This document shows, piece by piece, positions 39,037-48,887 of a stretch of 64,000 nucleotides of DNA (positions within the stretch are counted from its first letter, which is position 1; every line of letters begins with the position of its first letter). Made by a program: the position numbers and the translations under genes. The stretch is from Nitrospirota bacterium (GTDB lineage: Bacteria; Nitrospirota; Thermodesulfovibrionia; Thermodesulfovibrionales; Dissulfurispiraceae), in contig CAVPZX010000004.1 of the NCBI GenBank assembly GCA_963710375.1, positions 256,001 through 320,000 of the forward strand. Direction: 5' to 3'. The notes below the pieces were generated by a model. That model saw nothing but the letters and a program-made list of their open reading frames with translations, was not told the DNA's origin and ran no database searches.

Positions 39037-39825
39037 ATGATGATAAAAATAGCAAATCTCACAAAACAATTTAACGGCCATAAAGTCTTGTGCGGCGTGA
39101 ATTTGCGGGTAAGGAAAGGTGAGCCCGTTGCCCTTATAGGCCCCAGCGGGTCTGGGAAAACCACCTTGATCCGGTCGATCAACGGGTTTGTGGTTCCGGA
39201 CGAAGGGACGATTTCAGTCGGCGGCCAGGAAATAAAGTTTCGCGACCGGGAGTCTCTGCGCCAAAGCCGGAGAAAGATAGGTATGATCTACCAGCTTTTC
39301 AATCTGGTGGAGAGGACCTCGGTTCGGGTAAATGTAATGGCTGGCGCCCTGGGGAGACTGGACCGCGGGATTTCACTGCTCTCTTCCACCGTAGGTTTTT
39401 TCGGCAAGAGGGAGATGGACAAAGCCATGGAGCTTCTCAATTTTGTGGGATTGGAGGATAAGGCCGGGGAAAGGGTGGACAGGCTCAGCGGAGGTCAGAA
39501 ACAGAGGGTCGCTATTGCTCGGGCCCTGATGCAGGAGCCTGAGGTGCTCCTTGCGGACGAGCCCATAGCCAACCTTGACCCAAAGTCCAGTAAAAAAATT
39601 ATGGACCTTTTGCTTAGGATAAACCAGGAGAAGAAGATAACCCTGATCACTGTTCTCCATCACATGGAATCCGTACGGGACCATTTCGAGCGGGTGATTG
39701 CCCTCAAAGAGGGGAGCATTTGCTTTGACGTCCACACCCGAGACCTGAATGATCACCGCCTTCAGGAGATATATACATTCGACGAGGAAATTGAATGCGT
39801 TACAGCGAAAGCCGGCAATATGTGA
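39037..39825 (+). CDS. phnC: Phosphonate ABC transporter ATPase
   Basis: GPSGSGKTT, LSGGQKQRVAIARAL, LADEPIANLDP. Confidence 0.92.
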   Translation: MMIKIANLTKQFNGHKVLCGVNLRVRKGEPVALIGPSGSGKTTLIRSINGFVVPDEGTISVGGQEIKFRDRESLRQSRRKIGMIYQLFNLVERTSVRVNVMAGALGRLDRGISLLSSTVGFFGKREMDKAMELLNFVGLEDKAGERVDRLSGGQKQRVAIARALMQEPEVLLADEPIANLDPKSSKKIMDLLLRINQEKKITLITVLHHMESVRDHFERVIALKEGSICFDVHTRDLNDHRLQEIYTFDEEIECVTAKAGNM

Positions 39826-41351
39826 ACAGGGCCGGGAAGCTGTTGCTGTGGTCCATCTTCCTGGTCATTCTGGGTTTTTCATTCAAGATTTCGAAGGTGG
39901 ATGTCGGGTCGCTTATCGAGGGATTGTCACAATCATTTGCTTTGGTCAGGGAGATGCTGCCGCCGAATTTTTCCAGGTGGAGGCATATCTTCAGACTGAC
40001 CGCGGAAACAGTGACCATGGGTTTTTGGGGTACGATGCTCGGGATGATCTTTTCCCTGCCCCTTGGATTTCTGGCTGCCAGGAATACGTCCAGTAATCCA
40101 TTCTTATACCACCTCTCCAGGGGGTTGATCACCCTGCTGAGATCTGTTCCCGATGTTGTTTATGGCTTTTTTTTCGTGACCTCATTCGGCCTCGGACCGC
40201 AGGCAGGGGTGGTGGCCCTAACCATGGCAACGGTGGGGCTTCTTGGCAAATTTTACTCTGAAGCTGTGGAAAGCATCGATGAAAAGCCGGTGGAAGCGTT
40301 GGCGGCTACTGGCAGCCATGGCCTCAGTGTTATCCGCCATGCTGTTGTTCCCCAAGTGCTGCCCTTATTCATGGGTTATAACCTTTACATGCTGGACCAT
40401 AATATCAGGGTCGCCCTGGCGCTGGGAGTGGTAGGTGCAGGCGGGCTGGGTGTGGAACTGTTTATCCAAATGCGCGCCTTTCATTATCAGAAGGCTGCCG
40501 CCATACTCGTGATCATGCTGGTCGTTATTACTATTATCGATAGGGCTTCCGCAAGCCTGCGCAACAAAATCATTAAAGGCGGCTTTTTAAATTCAGAGAC
40601 CCGCATTCAGGATGTGGTATTGATGGTTGTCATCGGCCTGTTTATTCTCATCTGCCTTTGTTCCGTTCCGGTGGATATGAAGGAACTGGCTGCCGGCGTG
40701 CCGCGTATATGGCGATTTATGAAAGGAATGATGCCCCCCGATTTTTCGAGACTTACGGTTTACCTGAAATTGATGCTCGAAACCGTAGCCATGGGTATCA
40801 GCGGTACATTCCTGGCGATTGTCCTGGGGGTCCCGCTCGGAGTGCTGGCGGCCCGGAACGTCACCCATAATTCGATAATCTATAATCTGGCAAAGGAGAT
40901 TACAAATTTTTTCCGGGCTACACCGGACCTCGTGTTTGCCTTGATTTTCGTGGTGGCGGTCGGGTTGGGGCCATTTGCGGGGGTCCTGGCCCTGGGCCTG
41001 AACACCACCGGGTTTTTGGGAAAGTTTTATGCGGAGGCCATCGAAAATGTTGACCCTAGGCCGGTCGAGGCAGTGGAGGCTTCAGGGGCCAGGCTTCTTC
41101 AGCGGATCACTCACGCCATTTTCCCGCAAGTCCTGCCGCTTTTTAACAGTTACAACTTGTATATCCTGGAGCGGAACATTCGGTATTCCACTATTATGGG
41201 CTTGGTAGGCGCCGGCGGCATTGGCTTCGAACTGGTCATGACTTCGAGAATGTTTGAGTATCGCCAGATGGCAGCTATGCTTTTGATCATATTGGCTACC
41301 ATTATGTTGGTGGACCGGCTCTCTTCTTATTTAAGGAAAAAAGTGGTATGA
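39795..41351 (+). CDS. phnE: Phosphonate ABC permease, two fused PhnE domains
   Basis: Two repeats of GKFY.EA.E...EA..A.G and GxVGAGGxG. Confidence 0.92.
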   Translation: MRYSESRQYVNRAGKLLLWSIFLVILGFSFKISKVDVGSLIEGLSQSFALVREMLPPNFSRWRHIFRLTAETVTMGFWGTMLGMIFSLPLGFLAARNTSSNPFLYHLSRGLITLLRSVPDVVYGFFFVTSFGLGPQAGVVALTMATVGLLGKFYSEAVESIDEKPVEALAATGSHGLSVIRHAVVPQVLPLFMGYNLYMLDHNIRVALALGVVGAGGLGVELFIQMRAFHYQKAAAILVIMLVVITIIDRASASLRNKIIKGGFLNSETRIQDVVLMVVIGLFILICLCSVPVDMKELAAGVPRIWRFMKGMMPPDFSRLTVYLKLMLETVAMGISGTFLAIVLGVPLGVLAARNVTHNSIIYNLAKEITNFFRATPDLVFALIFVVAVGLGPFAGVLALGLNTTGFLGKFYAEAIENVDPRPVEAVEASGARLLQRITHAIFPQVLPLFNSYNLYILERNIRYSTIMGLVGAGGIGFELVMTSRMFEYRQMAAMLLIILATIMLVDRLSSYLRKKVV

Positions 41352-41398
41352 GGACGACGTATAGGTAACAGTGAACAATGACCGGTGAGGAATAGATA

Positions 41399-41812
41399 GT
41401 GGAATTTCAATTATTGATAACAAAAATCGACGACAGATCAATAGAAAAACTGATCAGCCTGATGCCTGGAAATGAAATTGACATCGTAAAGACACCTGAG
41501 ACCGGTCTTCTGATGATGGCGGTAAAGGATTCCTTTGACGTGGAATTCTATCTGGGAGAGATACTTGTGACAGAGGCGGAGGTTAGGTACAAAGGTAATA
41601 AAGGGTATTCGATGGTCATGGGAGACGAGCCCCATCGGGCGATTGCGGCCGCTGTTGTGGACGCTGTCTCGAAAAGCGACAATGACAATTTGAAAATAAA
41701 AATAAACGGGATTTTTTCGTTGTGCATGAAAAGAGCGGCCAAAAATGAAAAACGGCAGGAAAAACTCACAGCCAAAACAAAAGTAAATTTTGAAACAATG
41801 AGAAAAGGGTAG
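41399..41812 (+). CDS. phnG: C-P lyase subunit PhnG
   Basis: PETGLLM...FYLGEILVTEAEV...KTKVNFETM. Confidence 0.9.
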   Translation: MEFQLLITKIDDRSIEKLISLMPGNEIDIVKTPETGLLMMAVKDSFDVEFYLGEILVTEAEVRYKGNKGYSMVMGDEPHRAIAAAVVDAVSKSDNDNLKIKINGIFSLCMKRAAKNEKRQEKLTAKTKVNFETMRKG

Positions 41813-41822
41813 GGAACGGCTT

Positions 41823-42404
41823 ATGGACAATATATACATGCTGACGCAGAATACATATAGCATAATCCTCCAAGCGATATGCCATCCCGGAAGAGTTTAT
41901 CAGCTGTCTGCCAACGATAACCCAGCCGGCGCCGGTAAGACTGATGGATTAATGTCAGTTCTTCTGACCCTTCTTGATCATGAGGTGACATTTTTTCTCC
42001 TTGGAAGCGATGCCGACCATATGGAAGCTGAGATATTCGAACTGACGAGAAGCACTGTCTCCGATATTGGATCTGCTGATTTCATTATAATTACCGATGG
42101 TAATAACGGGGGCGAACTGCTGAAAGCGAACAGAGGAAGCCTTGATTATCCTGATGCCGGCGCAACCGTGATTTATGTAATTGACAGCCTGGGGGACAGA
42201 AGCAATGGAAAAAGTCATGTGGTATTGAAAGGCCCTGGCATAAAAGACGGACGCGAAATATTCGTCGGCGGGCGCGTGAAAGATGAATTGCTTTGCATCA
42301 AGGAGGCCAACGCGGAATTCCCGCTGGGCGTAGACTGCATCTTCATAGATAAGTCCGACAAGATAATGTGCATTCCGAGATCAACAATGATAGAGGTGAA
42401 TTAG
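41823..42404 (+). CDS. phnH: C-P lyase subunit PhnH
   Basis: HPGRV, LTLLDHEV, GSLDYPDAGAT, LKGPGI, FPLGVD, IPRST. Confidence 0.92.
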   Translation: MDNIYMLTQNTYSIILQAICHPGRVYQLSANDNPAGAGKTDGLMSVLLTLLDHEVTFFLLGSDADHMEAEIFELTRSTVSDIGSADFIIITDGNNGGELLKANRGSLDYPDAGATVIYVIDSLGDRSNGKSHVVLKGPGIKDGREIFVGGRVKDELLCIKEANAEFPLGVDCIFIDKSDKIMCIPRSTMIEVN

Positions 42405-42406
42405 CT

Positions 42407-43519
42407 ATGGGTTATGTTGCTGTAAAAGGCGGTAAGGAAGCCATAGAAAATGCTGCAAAGCTGCTTTCTTATGAGAGGATAAAAGGCAAGGCGCACCTGC
42501 TCGGGACAGATCAGATCAGAGAGCAATTATACCTAGCAGTTGACAGGGTCATGGGCGAAGGCTCGCTGTATGCACCTGACCTTGCAGCACTTGCCATAAA
42601 GCAATCTGCAGGAGACACTTTTGAGGCTTCTTTTATGCTCAGGGCTTACAGGGCCACGAGACCGAGAGTTGGTTATTCTATTCCGCAATCGACAACGGAA
42701 ATAAAGATCACTAGAAGAATTTCTGCCGCTTTCAAGGACATCCCGGGCGGACAAATCCTCGGGCCTACATCGGATTATACGCTCAGACTCCTTGATTTCG
42801 AACTGTTGAATGACAATCAGAAAGCGAGAAAGTCATATTTAAGCAACCTTTTTAAAGGACTCATGGATGTCGATCAACTGCCTGATTCGTTTCCCAGGGT
42901 GATAGAAATAATGAGAAAAGAGGGGCTTTTGGTAGAGCAGGCAGGAAACTCGAGCCCGGATATTTCCGGTATATATGATGTAACCAGACAGTCCCTGACG
43001 TTTCCCGTCGGCCGAAGCGCCACGCTGCAGTCGATGGCGAGGGGCGAGACGGGAGGGTTACTTTTACTGGCGTATTCCAATATGCGCGGCTACGGAGATG
43101 TTCATCCTACTGTCGGCGAACTGAGGGTCGGATACATTCCTGTAAAAATCAAACATCCCTATACCGGGGGGTTATACACCGTAGGTGAAGTAAAAATAAC
43201 GGAAGCAGAGGTCATAGCAAAATTCACGGCAAATGACGGATCGCCCAAATTCACTCTTGGTTACGGACTTTGTTTTGGACACAATGAAACCAAAGCGATT
43301 TCGATGGCGATCCTCGACAGGGCTATGCAGGCAGGAGGAAAAAGGATGCCGTCTGAAGATCAGGAATTCGTCCTGTCACATATCGACGGCATCGATGCAT
43401 TGGGTTTTTGTGCCCACTGGAAGCTGCCGCATTATGTGACATTCCAATCCGATCTGGACAGGCTGAGAAAGGCGCGCGAAGAATTTTTCGGTAGTCCGAA
43501 AGCAGGCAGCGGAAAATGA
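42407..43519 (+). CDS. phnI: C-P lyase subunit PhnI
   Basis: MGYVAVKGG, LRAYR, RRISAAFKDIPGGQILG, HWKLPHYVTFQS. Confidence 0.95.
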   Translation: MGYVAVKGGKEAIENAAKLLSYERIKGKAHLLGTDQIREQLYLAVDRVMGEGSLYAPDLAALAIKQSAGDTFEASFMLRAYRATRPRVGYSIPQSTTEIKITRRISAAFKDIPGGQILGPTSDYTLRLLDFELLNDNQKARKSYLSNLFKGLMDVDQLPDSFPRVIEIMRKEGLLVEQAGNSSPDISGIYDVTRQSLTFPVGRSATLQSMARGETGGLLLLAYSNMRGYGDVHPTVGELRVGYIPVKIKHPYTGGLYTVGEVKITEAEVIAKFTANDGSPKFTLGYGLCFGHNETKAISMAILDRAMQAGGKRMPSEDQEFVLSHIDGIDALGFCAHWKLPHYVTFQSDLDRLRKAREEFFGSPKAGSGK

Positions 43520-44415
43520 AGCTTGATAACTACATGCAAAAAAAAGGAAGCAGGCAAAGGGCCCTTGATTACAACTTTGGATTTTTGGACGAAAGCGCAA
43601 AAAAGGAGATTAGGCGCAAGATACTTAAGGCAGTTGCCATCCCCGGATATCAGGTCCCTTTTGCGTCACGGGAACTGCCGATTGCAAAGGGCTGGGGAAC
43701 TGGAGGGCTGCAGATAACCCTTTCCATCATCGGCAGAGGCGATGTGCTGAAGGTGATAGACCAGGGGTGTGACGGAAGCGTCAATGCAGTGAACATAAAG
43801 AAATTTATAAGCAGGGTAACGGGCGTAAAAACCACAACTGTTACCGGTGAGGCCACTATTATCCAGACGAGGCACAGGATTCCCGAAGAAAGGATGAGCG
43901 AAGACCAAATCCTTGTTCTCCAGGTACCCTTTCCTGAGGCGCTTAGGATGGTGGAGCCGTCCGAACTCGAGACGCGGCGGATGCATGGAGAGGCCGACTA
44001 CAGCAGAATGTGGCTTTATCTCTATGAAGATATAGTGCGGTATAGTGAAATAAGCATAGGGGCGAGGTATCCGGTGACTGTAAATGGAAGATATATTATG
44101 GACCCGAGTCCTATACCCAGATGGGACATATCGAAACTCAACATGGCAGATACAATATATATTTTTGGGGCCGGACGGGAAAAAAGGATTTATGCCGTGC
44201 CCCCGCATACAAAAGTTGAGCCCCTGGAGTTCGAAGACTTCAAATTCAGGGTTGAGGATTTCAGGGGAGCGGCATGCTGCAGGTGCGGCAGCACGGATAC
44301 TTTTCTCGATGAGATCATCGATGAAGTTTCCGGCGGGAGGGTTTACCAGTGCTCGGATACGGGGCAGTGCGATTTCAGCTCCCAGACAAACGAAACTAAT
44401 GGAAAAGTGTCATAG
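43516..44415 (+). CDS. phnJ: C-P lyase radical SAM subunit PhnJ
   Basis: KAVAIPGYQVPF, GWGTGG, FGAGREKRIYAVPP, CCRCG...CSDT. Confidence 0.96.
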   Translation: MKLDNYMQKKGSRQRALDYNFGFLDESAKKEIRRKILKAVAIPGYQVPFASRELPIAKGWGTGGLQITLSIIGRGDVLKVIDQGCDGSVNAVNIKKFISRVTGVKTTTVTGEATIIQTRHRIPEERMSEDQILVLQVPFPEALRMVEPSELETRRMHGEADYSRMWLYLYEDIVRYSEISIGARYPVTVNGRYIMDPSPIPRWDISKLNMADTIYIFGAGREKRIYAVPPHTKVEPLEFEDFKFRVEDFRGAACCRCGSTDTFLDEIIDEVSGGRVYQCSDTGQCDFSSQTNETNGKVS

Positions 44416-44416
44416 G

Positions 44417-45286
44417 ATGGACATGATTATACGTGAGACAAGGGAACAGGTCTTGAATTCTGTTTCGCCGGTCATGAAGGCGGAAGGACTCACAAAGATC
44501 TACGGCATCGGATGCCCTGTTTGCAGGGAATCAACAGGCCCGGGATTTGAGACGAACATGTGCAGACGGTGCGGTTCTGTGGTTGCATGCGGCGATATTT
44601 CGTTCGAGCTTTATCCTGATGAGGTGCTGGGGATAGTCGGCGAGAGCGGTTCGGGCAAGAGTACACTTGTAAAGCTGCTCTATTTTGATTCTGAAGCTAC
44701 ACATGGGGCGATCTATATAAATGATTCGGCTGACAATGTGCTCTCGCTGAGTCCGTTTCAAAAAAGGCGAATCAGAAATTCCTGCATGGGTATGGTGTAT
44801 CAAAATCCTCACTATGGGCTCAGGATGGAGGTGAGTTCCGGAGGCAATATTTCGGAACGCCTGATTATGGCTGGATGGAGAAACATAGCCGCAATGCGCG
44901 AAAGGGCTTCCTATCTGCTTAAGAAAACAGAAATTCCGGTCCTGAGAATTGATGAGCCTCCGGCAAATTTTAGCGGGGGGGAGCAGCAAAGGGTCCAGAT
45001 CTCGAAGGCATTGTCGAACAATCCATTGATTCTTTTCCTCGACGAAGTTACAACGGGCCTAGACCTTTCTGTTCAGGCGAGGGTGCTTGATCTGATCAGG
45101 GATCTGCAAAGTGATTTACATCTGTCTGTCATCGTCGTATCGCATGATCTGGGCGTTATCAGGCTGCTGACAACGAGGACAATGGTGATGAAATACGGCA
45201 GGGTTGTTGAATCTGGGCTCACGGACCAGATACTGGAAGATCCTCAGCACCATTACACACAGCTTCTGGTAAGCTCACAACTCTAA
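44417..45286 (+). CDS. phnK: C-P lyase ATPase PhnK
   Basis: GESGSGKST, FSGGEQQRVQI, DEVTTGLDLSVQAR, GLTDQILEDPQH; N-terminal CxxC..CxxC. Confidence 0.93.
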   Translation: MDMIIRETREQVLNSVSPVMKAEGLTKIYGIGCPVCRESTGPGFETNMCRRCGSVVACGDISFELYPDEVLGIVGESGSGKSTLVKLLYFDSEATHGAIYINDSADNVLSLSPFQKRRIRNSCMGMVYQNPHYGLRMEVSSGGNISERLIMAGWRNIAAMRERASYLLKKTEIPVLRIDEPPANFSGGEQQRVQISKALSNNPLILFLDEVTTGLDLSVQARVLDLIRDLQSDLHLSVIVVSHDLGVIRLLTTRTMVMKYGRVVESGLTDQILEDPQHHYTQLLVSSQL

Positions 45287-45294
45287 GGGAGAAT

Positions 45295-46020
45295 ATGAGA
45301 ATAGGCGTGATTTCAGATGTGCACGGCAATTATGAAGCCCTGACAGCAGTTTTGCAGGCAATAGATAAAGAGGGAGTAGACCTGCTGGTCAATTCAGGCG
45401 ACAACATAGGGTACTCGGCCTTTCCGAATGAATGTGTATCTCTCTTATCGGAAACAAATGTAACAGCGGTTATGGGTAACTATGATGATGCGGGCTCCAT
45501 GCTCCGCCCTTCCTGCGGCTGCGGGACAGGAGATGATGATACAAATCGGATACGATTGGCATCGCTCAGGTGGACACAGGAAAGAATTTCTGAGGAAACG
45601 AGAAAATACCTGTCGTCATTGCCTGTTACATACGGATTCGAGACCGGAAACTGGAAAACGCTGATGTTTCACGGAGGCCCAGAAAATCTGACCCAATGGA
45701 TAACGGCAAACGATTATGATCTGCTTGCATCTATTGCAGAGAGATGTGACGCAAGGCTCGTCATAATGGGACATACTCATAAACCTTTCTCAATATTGAT
45801 AAACGGCACTCTCTTCGTAAATCCCGGCGCCGTGGGCAGGCCTTTTGACGGGAACCCAAGGGCGTCTTTCGCGATTATTGATGTTGAAAAGGAAATCAGC
45901 GTAAGTTTCCGTCGCGTGGGCTATGATGTCGAAAAAAACATAAAGGCCCTCGTTGACGCGGGGCTTCCTGCTGAAATAGGAATAATGCTGAGACACGGGA
46001 GGGATTCGCACATTGATTAG
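45295..46020 (+). CDS. Calcineurin-like metallophosphoesterase (YfcE/MJ0936-like) inside the phn operon
   Basis: DVHGN, GD, GNYD, FHGG, GHTH, NPGAVG. Confidence 0.88.
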   Translation: MRIGVISDVHGNYEALTAVLQAIDKEGVDLLVNSGDNIGYSAFPNECVSLLSETNVTAVMGNYDDAGSMLRPSCGCGTGDDDTNRIRLASLRWTQERISEETRKYLSSLPVTYGFETGNWKTLMFHGGPENLTQWITANDYDLLASIAERCDARLVIMGHTHKPFSILINGTLFVNPGAVGRPFDGNPRASFAIIDVEKEISVSFRRVGYDVEKNIKALVDAGLPAEIGIMLRHGRDSHID

Positions 46021-46714
46021 AGTAGAGAATCTGTCGAAGACTTTCAATATCCACATTCTCAACAACAAGGTCATCAATGCTTTTTACGATGTCTCATTCC
46101 ATGTAAAAAAAGGCGAGTTCCTGGTCCTTTCCGGTCCGAGCGGCTCAGGTAAAAGCACGATTCTAAAATGCATTTACCGGACTTATTTATCAACCGGGGG
46201 GAACATTTGGTTTGATTCAGCGGAATACGGGAAGCTCAATATAGCGACTGCCGCGAACCACGCGATCCTCAGCATCAGAAAAAGAGAGGTTGGATATGTG
46301 TCCCAGTTTCTGAAGGTAATCCCGAGAGTGCCGGCCATCGATATTGTTGCAGAACCTCTCGTGACAAAAAGCAGGCTGTCATTGGACAAGGCAAGAACCA
46401 GGGCGGGAGAGCTCCTGGAGAGACTGGACATTCCAACCTATCTTTTCGATGCCTATCCCTGCAGCTTTAGCGGAGGAGAACAACAAAGGGTGAATATAGC
46501 AAGAGCTGTGATCTGGGCGCCGCGCCTGTTGCTTCTCGATGAACCAACTGCGTCCCTGGACAAGAATTCGATAGCTATTGTTATAGGGTTGCTTAAGAAG
46601 CTTAAAGATGAGGGGACTACCATGATAGGCACATTCCATGACCGTTTCATTATTGATTCCGTAATGGACAAAAAATACGAAATGAAACATGAGGTCGCAG
46701 AAAATGCGGCATAG
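46013..46714 (+). CDS. phnL: C-P lyase ATPase PhnL
   Basis: GPSGSGKST, YVSQFLKVIPRV, FSGGEQQRVNIAR, DEPTASLD. Confidence 0.95.
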   Translation: MIRVENLSKTFNIHILNNKVINAFYDVSFHVKKGEFLVLSGPSGSGKSTILKCIYRTYLSTGGNIWFDSAEYGKLNIATAANHAILSIRKREVGYVSQFLKVIPRVPAIDIVAEPLVTKSRLSLDKARTRAGELLERLDIPTYLFDAYPCSFSGGEQQRVNIARAVIWAPRLLLLDEPTASLDKNSIAIVIGLLKKLKDEGTTMIGTFHDRFIIDSVMDKKYEMKHEVAENAA

Positions 46715-47867
46715 TGCCGACGTGATAATCGAAAATGCGTCCATTGCGACTACTTCGGGAACACTAACGGGAAGTTCTCTGAAAATCGAAGCCGGCATTA
46801 TATCTGAGATAAAAGAGGGTCCGATAAAGGCTGGTGGCCGGAGAATTGACGCGGAGGGGAGATATGTCATACCTGGATTCGTCGATCTTCACAGCGACGC
46901 CATAGAAAAGGAGATCGAGCCAAGGCCAAATACCTACTTCCCGAAGGATGTAGCGATCTTTGAACTGGACAAAAAACTTGCGGCCTGCGGGGTCACAACT
47001 ATCTTTCATGCGCTCTCTTTTGCCGAAGGCGAGGTAGGGGTACGTTCAAACGGGATGGCCACGGACATAATAAAAGAAGTTGACAGGCTCGCCCCGAAGC
47101 TGGGCGTGAAGACAAGGATACACGCGAGATTCGAGATTACCGATGCCGGCGCCGTTCCCTATCTGGAAGGACTTCTGAATGGCGGGCAGATACATCTCCT
47201 TTCCTTTATGGACCACACCCCCGGCCAGGGTCAATATAAGGATATCGCATCCTTTAAGAATTATTTCGGGAGAGTATATAAGAAAAGCGATGAAGAACTT
47301 GACAGAATAATCGACCGGAAGCTTACGGCAAAAAAACATACCAGGTTCCACGTTCAGCGCGTCATAGATTTATGCACATCGCTCGGCATCCCCATGGCGT
47401 CGCATGATGACGATACGCCGGAAAGAATACGGTGGCTAAGGGAAAAGCGCATAGGCATATCGGAATTTCCTGTGAACCGGGAAGCCCTGAAGACCGCAAA
47501 AGAGATGGATATCTTTACGTGTCTCGGAGCCCCGAACGTTTTAAGGGGAAATTCCCAGGTAGGCAATTTGAGCGCAAGGGATGCGTTGTCGGAGGGATAT
47601 GGAGATATCATCTGTTCCGATTATTCTCCGATGACTATCCTTCATGCCCTATTTACGATCGTGAACAGCGGTATCCTCCCGCTCCATCAGGCGGTGAATA
47701 AGGTGAGTCTGAATCCTGCTTCAGCCGTCGGCATTCAAGGCAGGACAGGATCCATAGAAGAAGGGAAGGAAGCGGATCTTGCCATTGTGGATGTCGCTGA
47801 TGGAGTTCCTCGTATTTTGAGGACATATGTGTCGGGCAGGGAGGTATTTTCAGCATGTGGTTATTAG
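46704..47867 (+). CDS. phnM: Alpha-D-ribose 1-methylphosphonate 5-triphosphate diphosphatase
   Basis: PGFVDLHSD, MDHTPGQGQ, ASHDD, SEFP, GAPN, SDY. Confidence 0.95.
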   Translation: MRHSADVIIENASIATTSGTLTGSSLKIEAGIISEIKEGPIKAGGRRIDAEGRYVIPGFVDLHSDAIEKEIEPRPNTYFPKDVAIFELDKKLAACGVTTIFHALSFAEGEVGVRSNGMATDIIKEVDRLAPKLGVKTRIHARFEITDAGAVPYLEGLLNGGQIHLLSFMDHTPGQGQYKDIASFKNYFGRVYKKSDEELDRIIDRKLTAKKHTRFHVQRVIDLCTSLGIPMASHDDDTPERIRWLREKRIGISEFPVNREALKTAKEMDIFTCLGAPNVLRGNSQVGNLSARDALSEGYGDIICSDYSPMTILHALFTIVNSGILPLHQAVNKVSLNPASAVGIQGRTGSIEEGKEADLAIVDVADGVPRILRTYVSGREVFSACGY

Positions 47868-47915
47868 ACCGTAATATCTATAAAAATGATGTAGAGCACA
47901 AACTCTGGAGGACCA

Positions 47916-48572
47916 ATGGCCGACCCTACTGATACCGCCTTTCAGGCGTGGGACAAGAAATGGATGACGGAGGAAGGCCGTGCCGACTGGACAAGGCCCG
48001 AACAGGATGTAATTGACATTATACCGCTTCTCAGATTGCGCAGCGTGAATAAAGTGCTCGATTTGGGATGCGGAGTAGGCAGGCATTCCTTATTGCTTGC
48101 ATCCGAAGGATTTGCAGTATGCTCCCTTGACGCAAGCGAAGCAGGATTGGAAATTGCCCGTAGTAACGCGAGGGATTCAAAACTGCCGATCGATTTTACC
48201 TCTTCCAAAATGACGGATCTTCCATACGGGGCGGACAGCTTCGAGTATGTCCTTGCATGGAATGTAATTTATCATGGCGACCCGGTTATTGTGCACCGGT
48301 CTCTTGTAGAAATCGCGCGTGTTCTGCGCAGAGGCGGTATTTTCCAGGGCACAATGCTTTCCAAGCTGAATATACTCTATGGAAAGGGGCGCTTGATAGC
48401 GAAAGACACATTCATAATAGACGATGACGATGAAAAGAGCCATTCGCATTTTTATTGTGACTATGGCGAATTAGAGGAACTCCTGGCCGGATTCAGGGTA
48501 CTATCCGTGAGCCACAGGGAACACGATAAACCGGGATCTTATCACTGGCATTTCAGCTCGGAAAAACTGTGA
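47916..48572 (+). CDS. Class I SAM-dependent methyltransferase
   Basis: VLDLGCGVGRH, WNVIYHG, RVLRRGG; GGAGG SD. Confidence 0.88.
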   Translation: MADPTDTAFQAWDKKWMTEEGRADWTRPEQDVIDIIPLLRLRSVNKVLDLGCGVGRHSLLLASEGFAVCSLDASEAGLEIARSNARDSKLPIDFTSSKMTDLPYGADSFEYVLAWNVIYHGDPVIVHRSLVEIARVLRRGGIFQGTMLSKLNILYGKGRLIAKDTFIIDDDDEKSHSHFYCDYGELEELLAGFRVLSVSHREHDKPGSYHWHFSSEKL

Positions 48573-48887
48573 TTGTCATCCGGTTGGAAATGTAATCGAC
48601 ATAAAAACGAATAGAGAACGCCCAAAAGGGCTATCAATAATCCGCTTCCTGCCTTGCATTAGTTCAGGTGATTTTCCCCATAATGCCTGCAGAAGTGACG
48701 CAATGATTCATTTTCAAATAGATTTTTAATGATGCAATCAGGTATCCTGTTTTATATGTAATGTTAACGAAATTAATGAAGGACTCGCGAACAAATAATT
48801 TGTGCATCCAGGCGCTCAGATTAGGGTCAGATTTGGCTGATCCGACTCATTAACCAATTTATTAACTTAAGGGGAGGAAGAAAGGAA

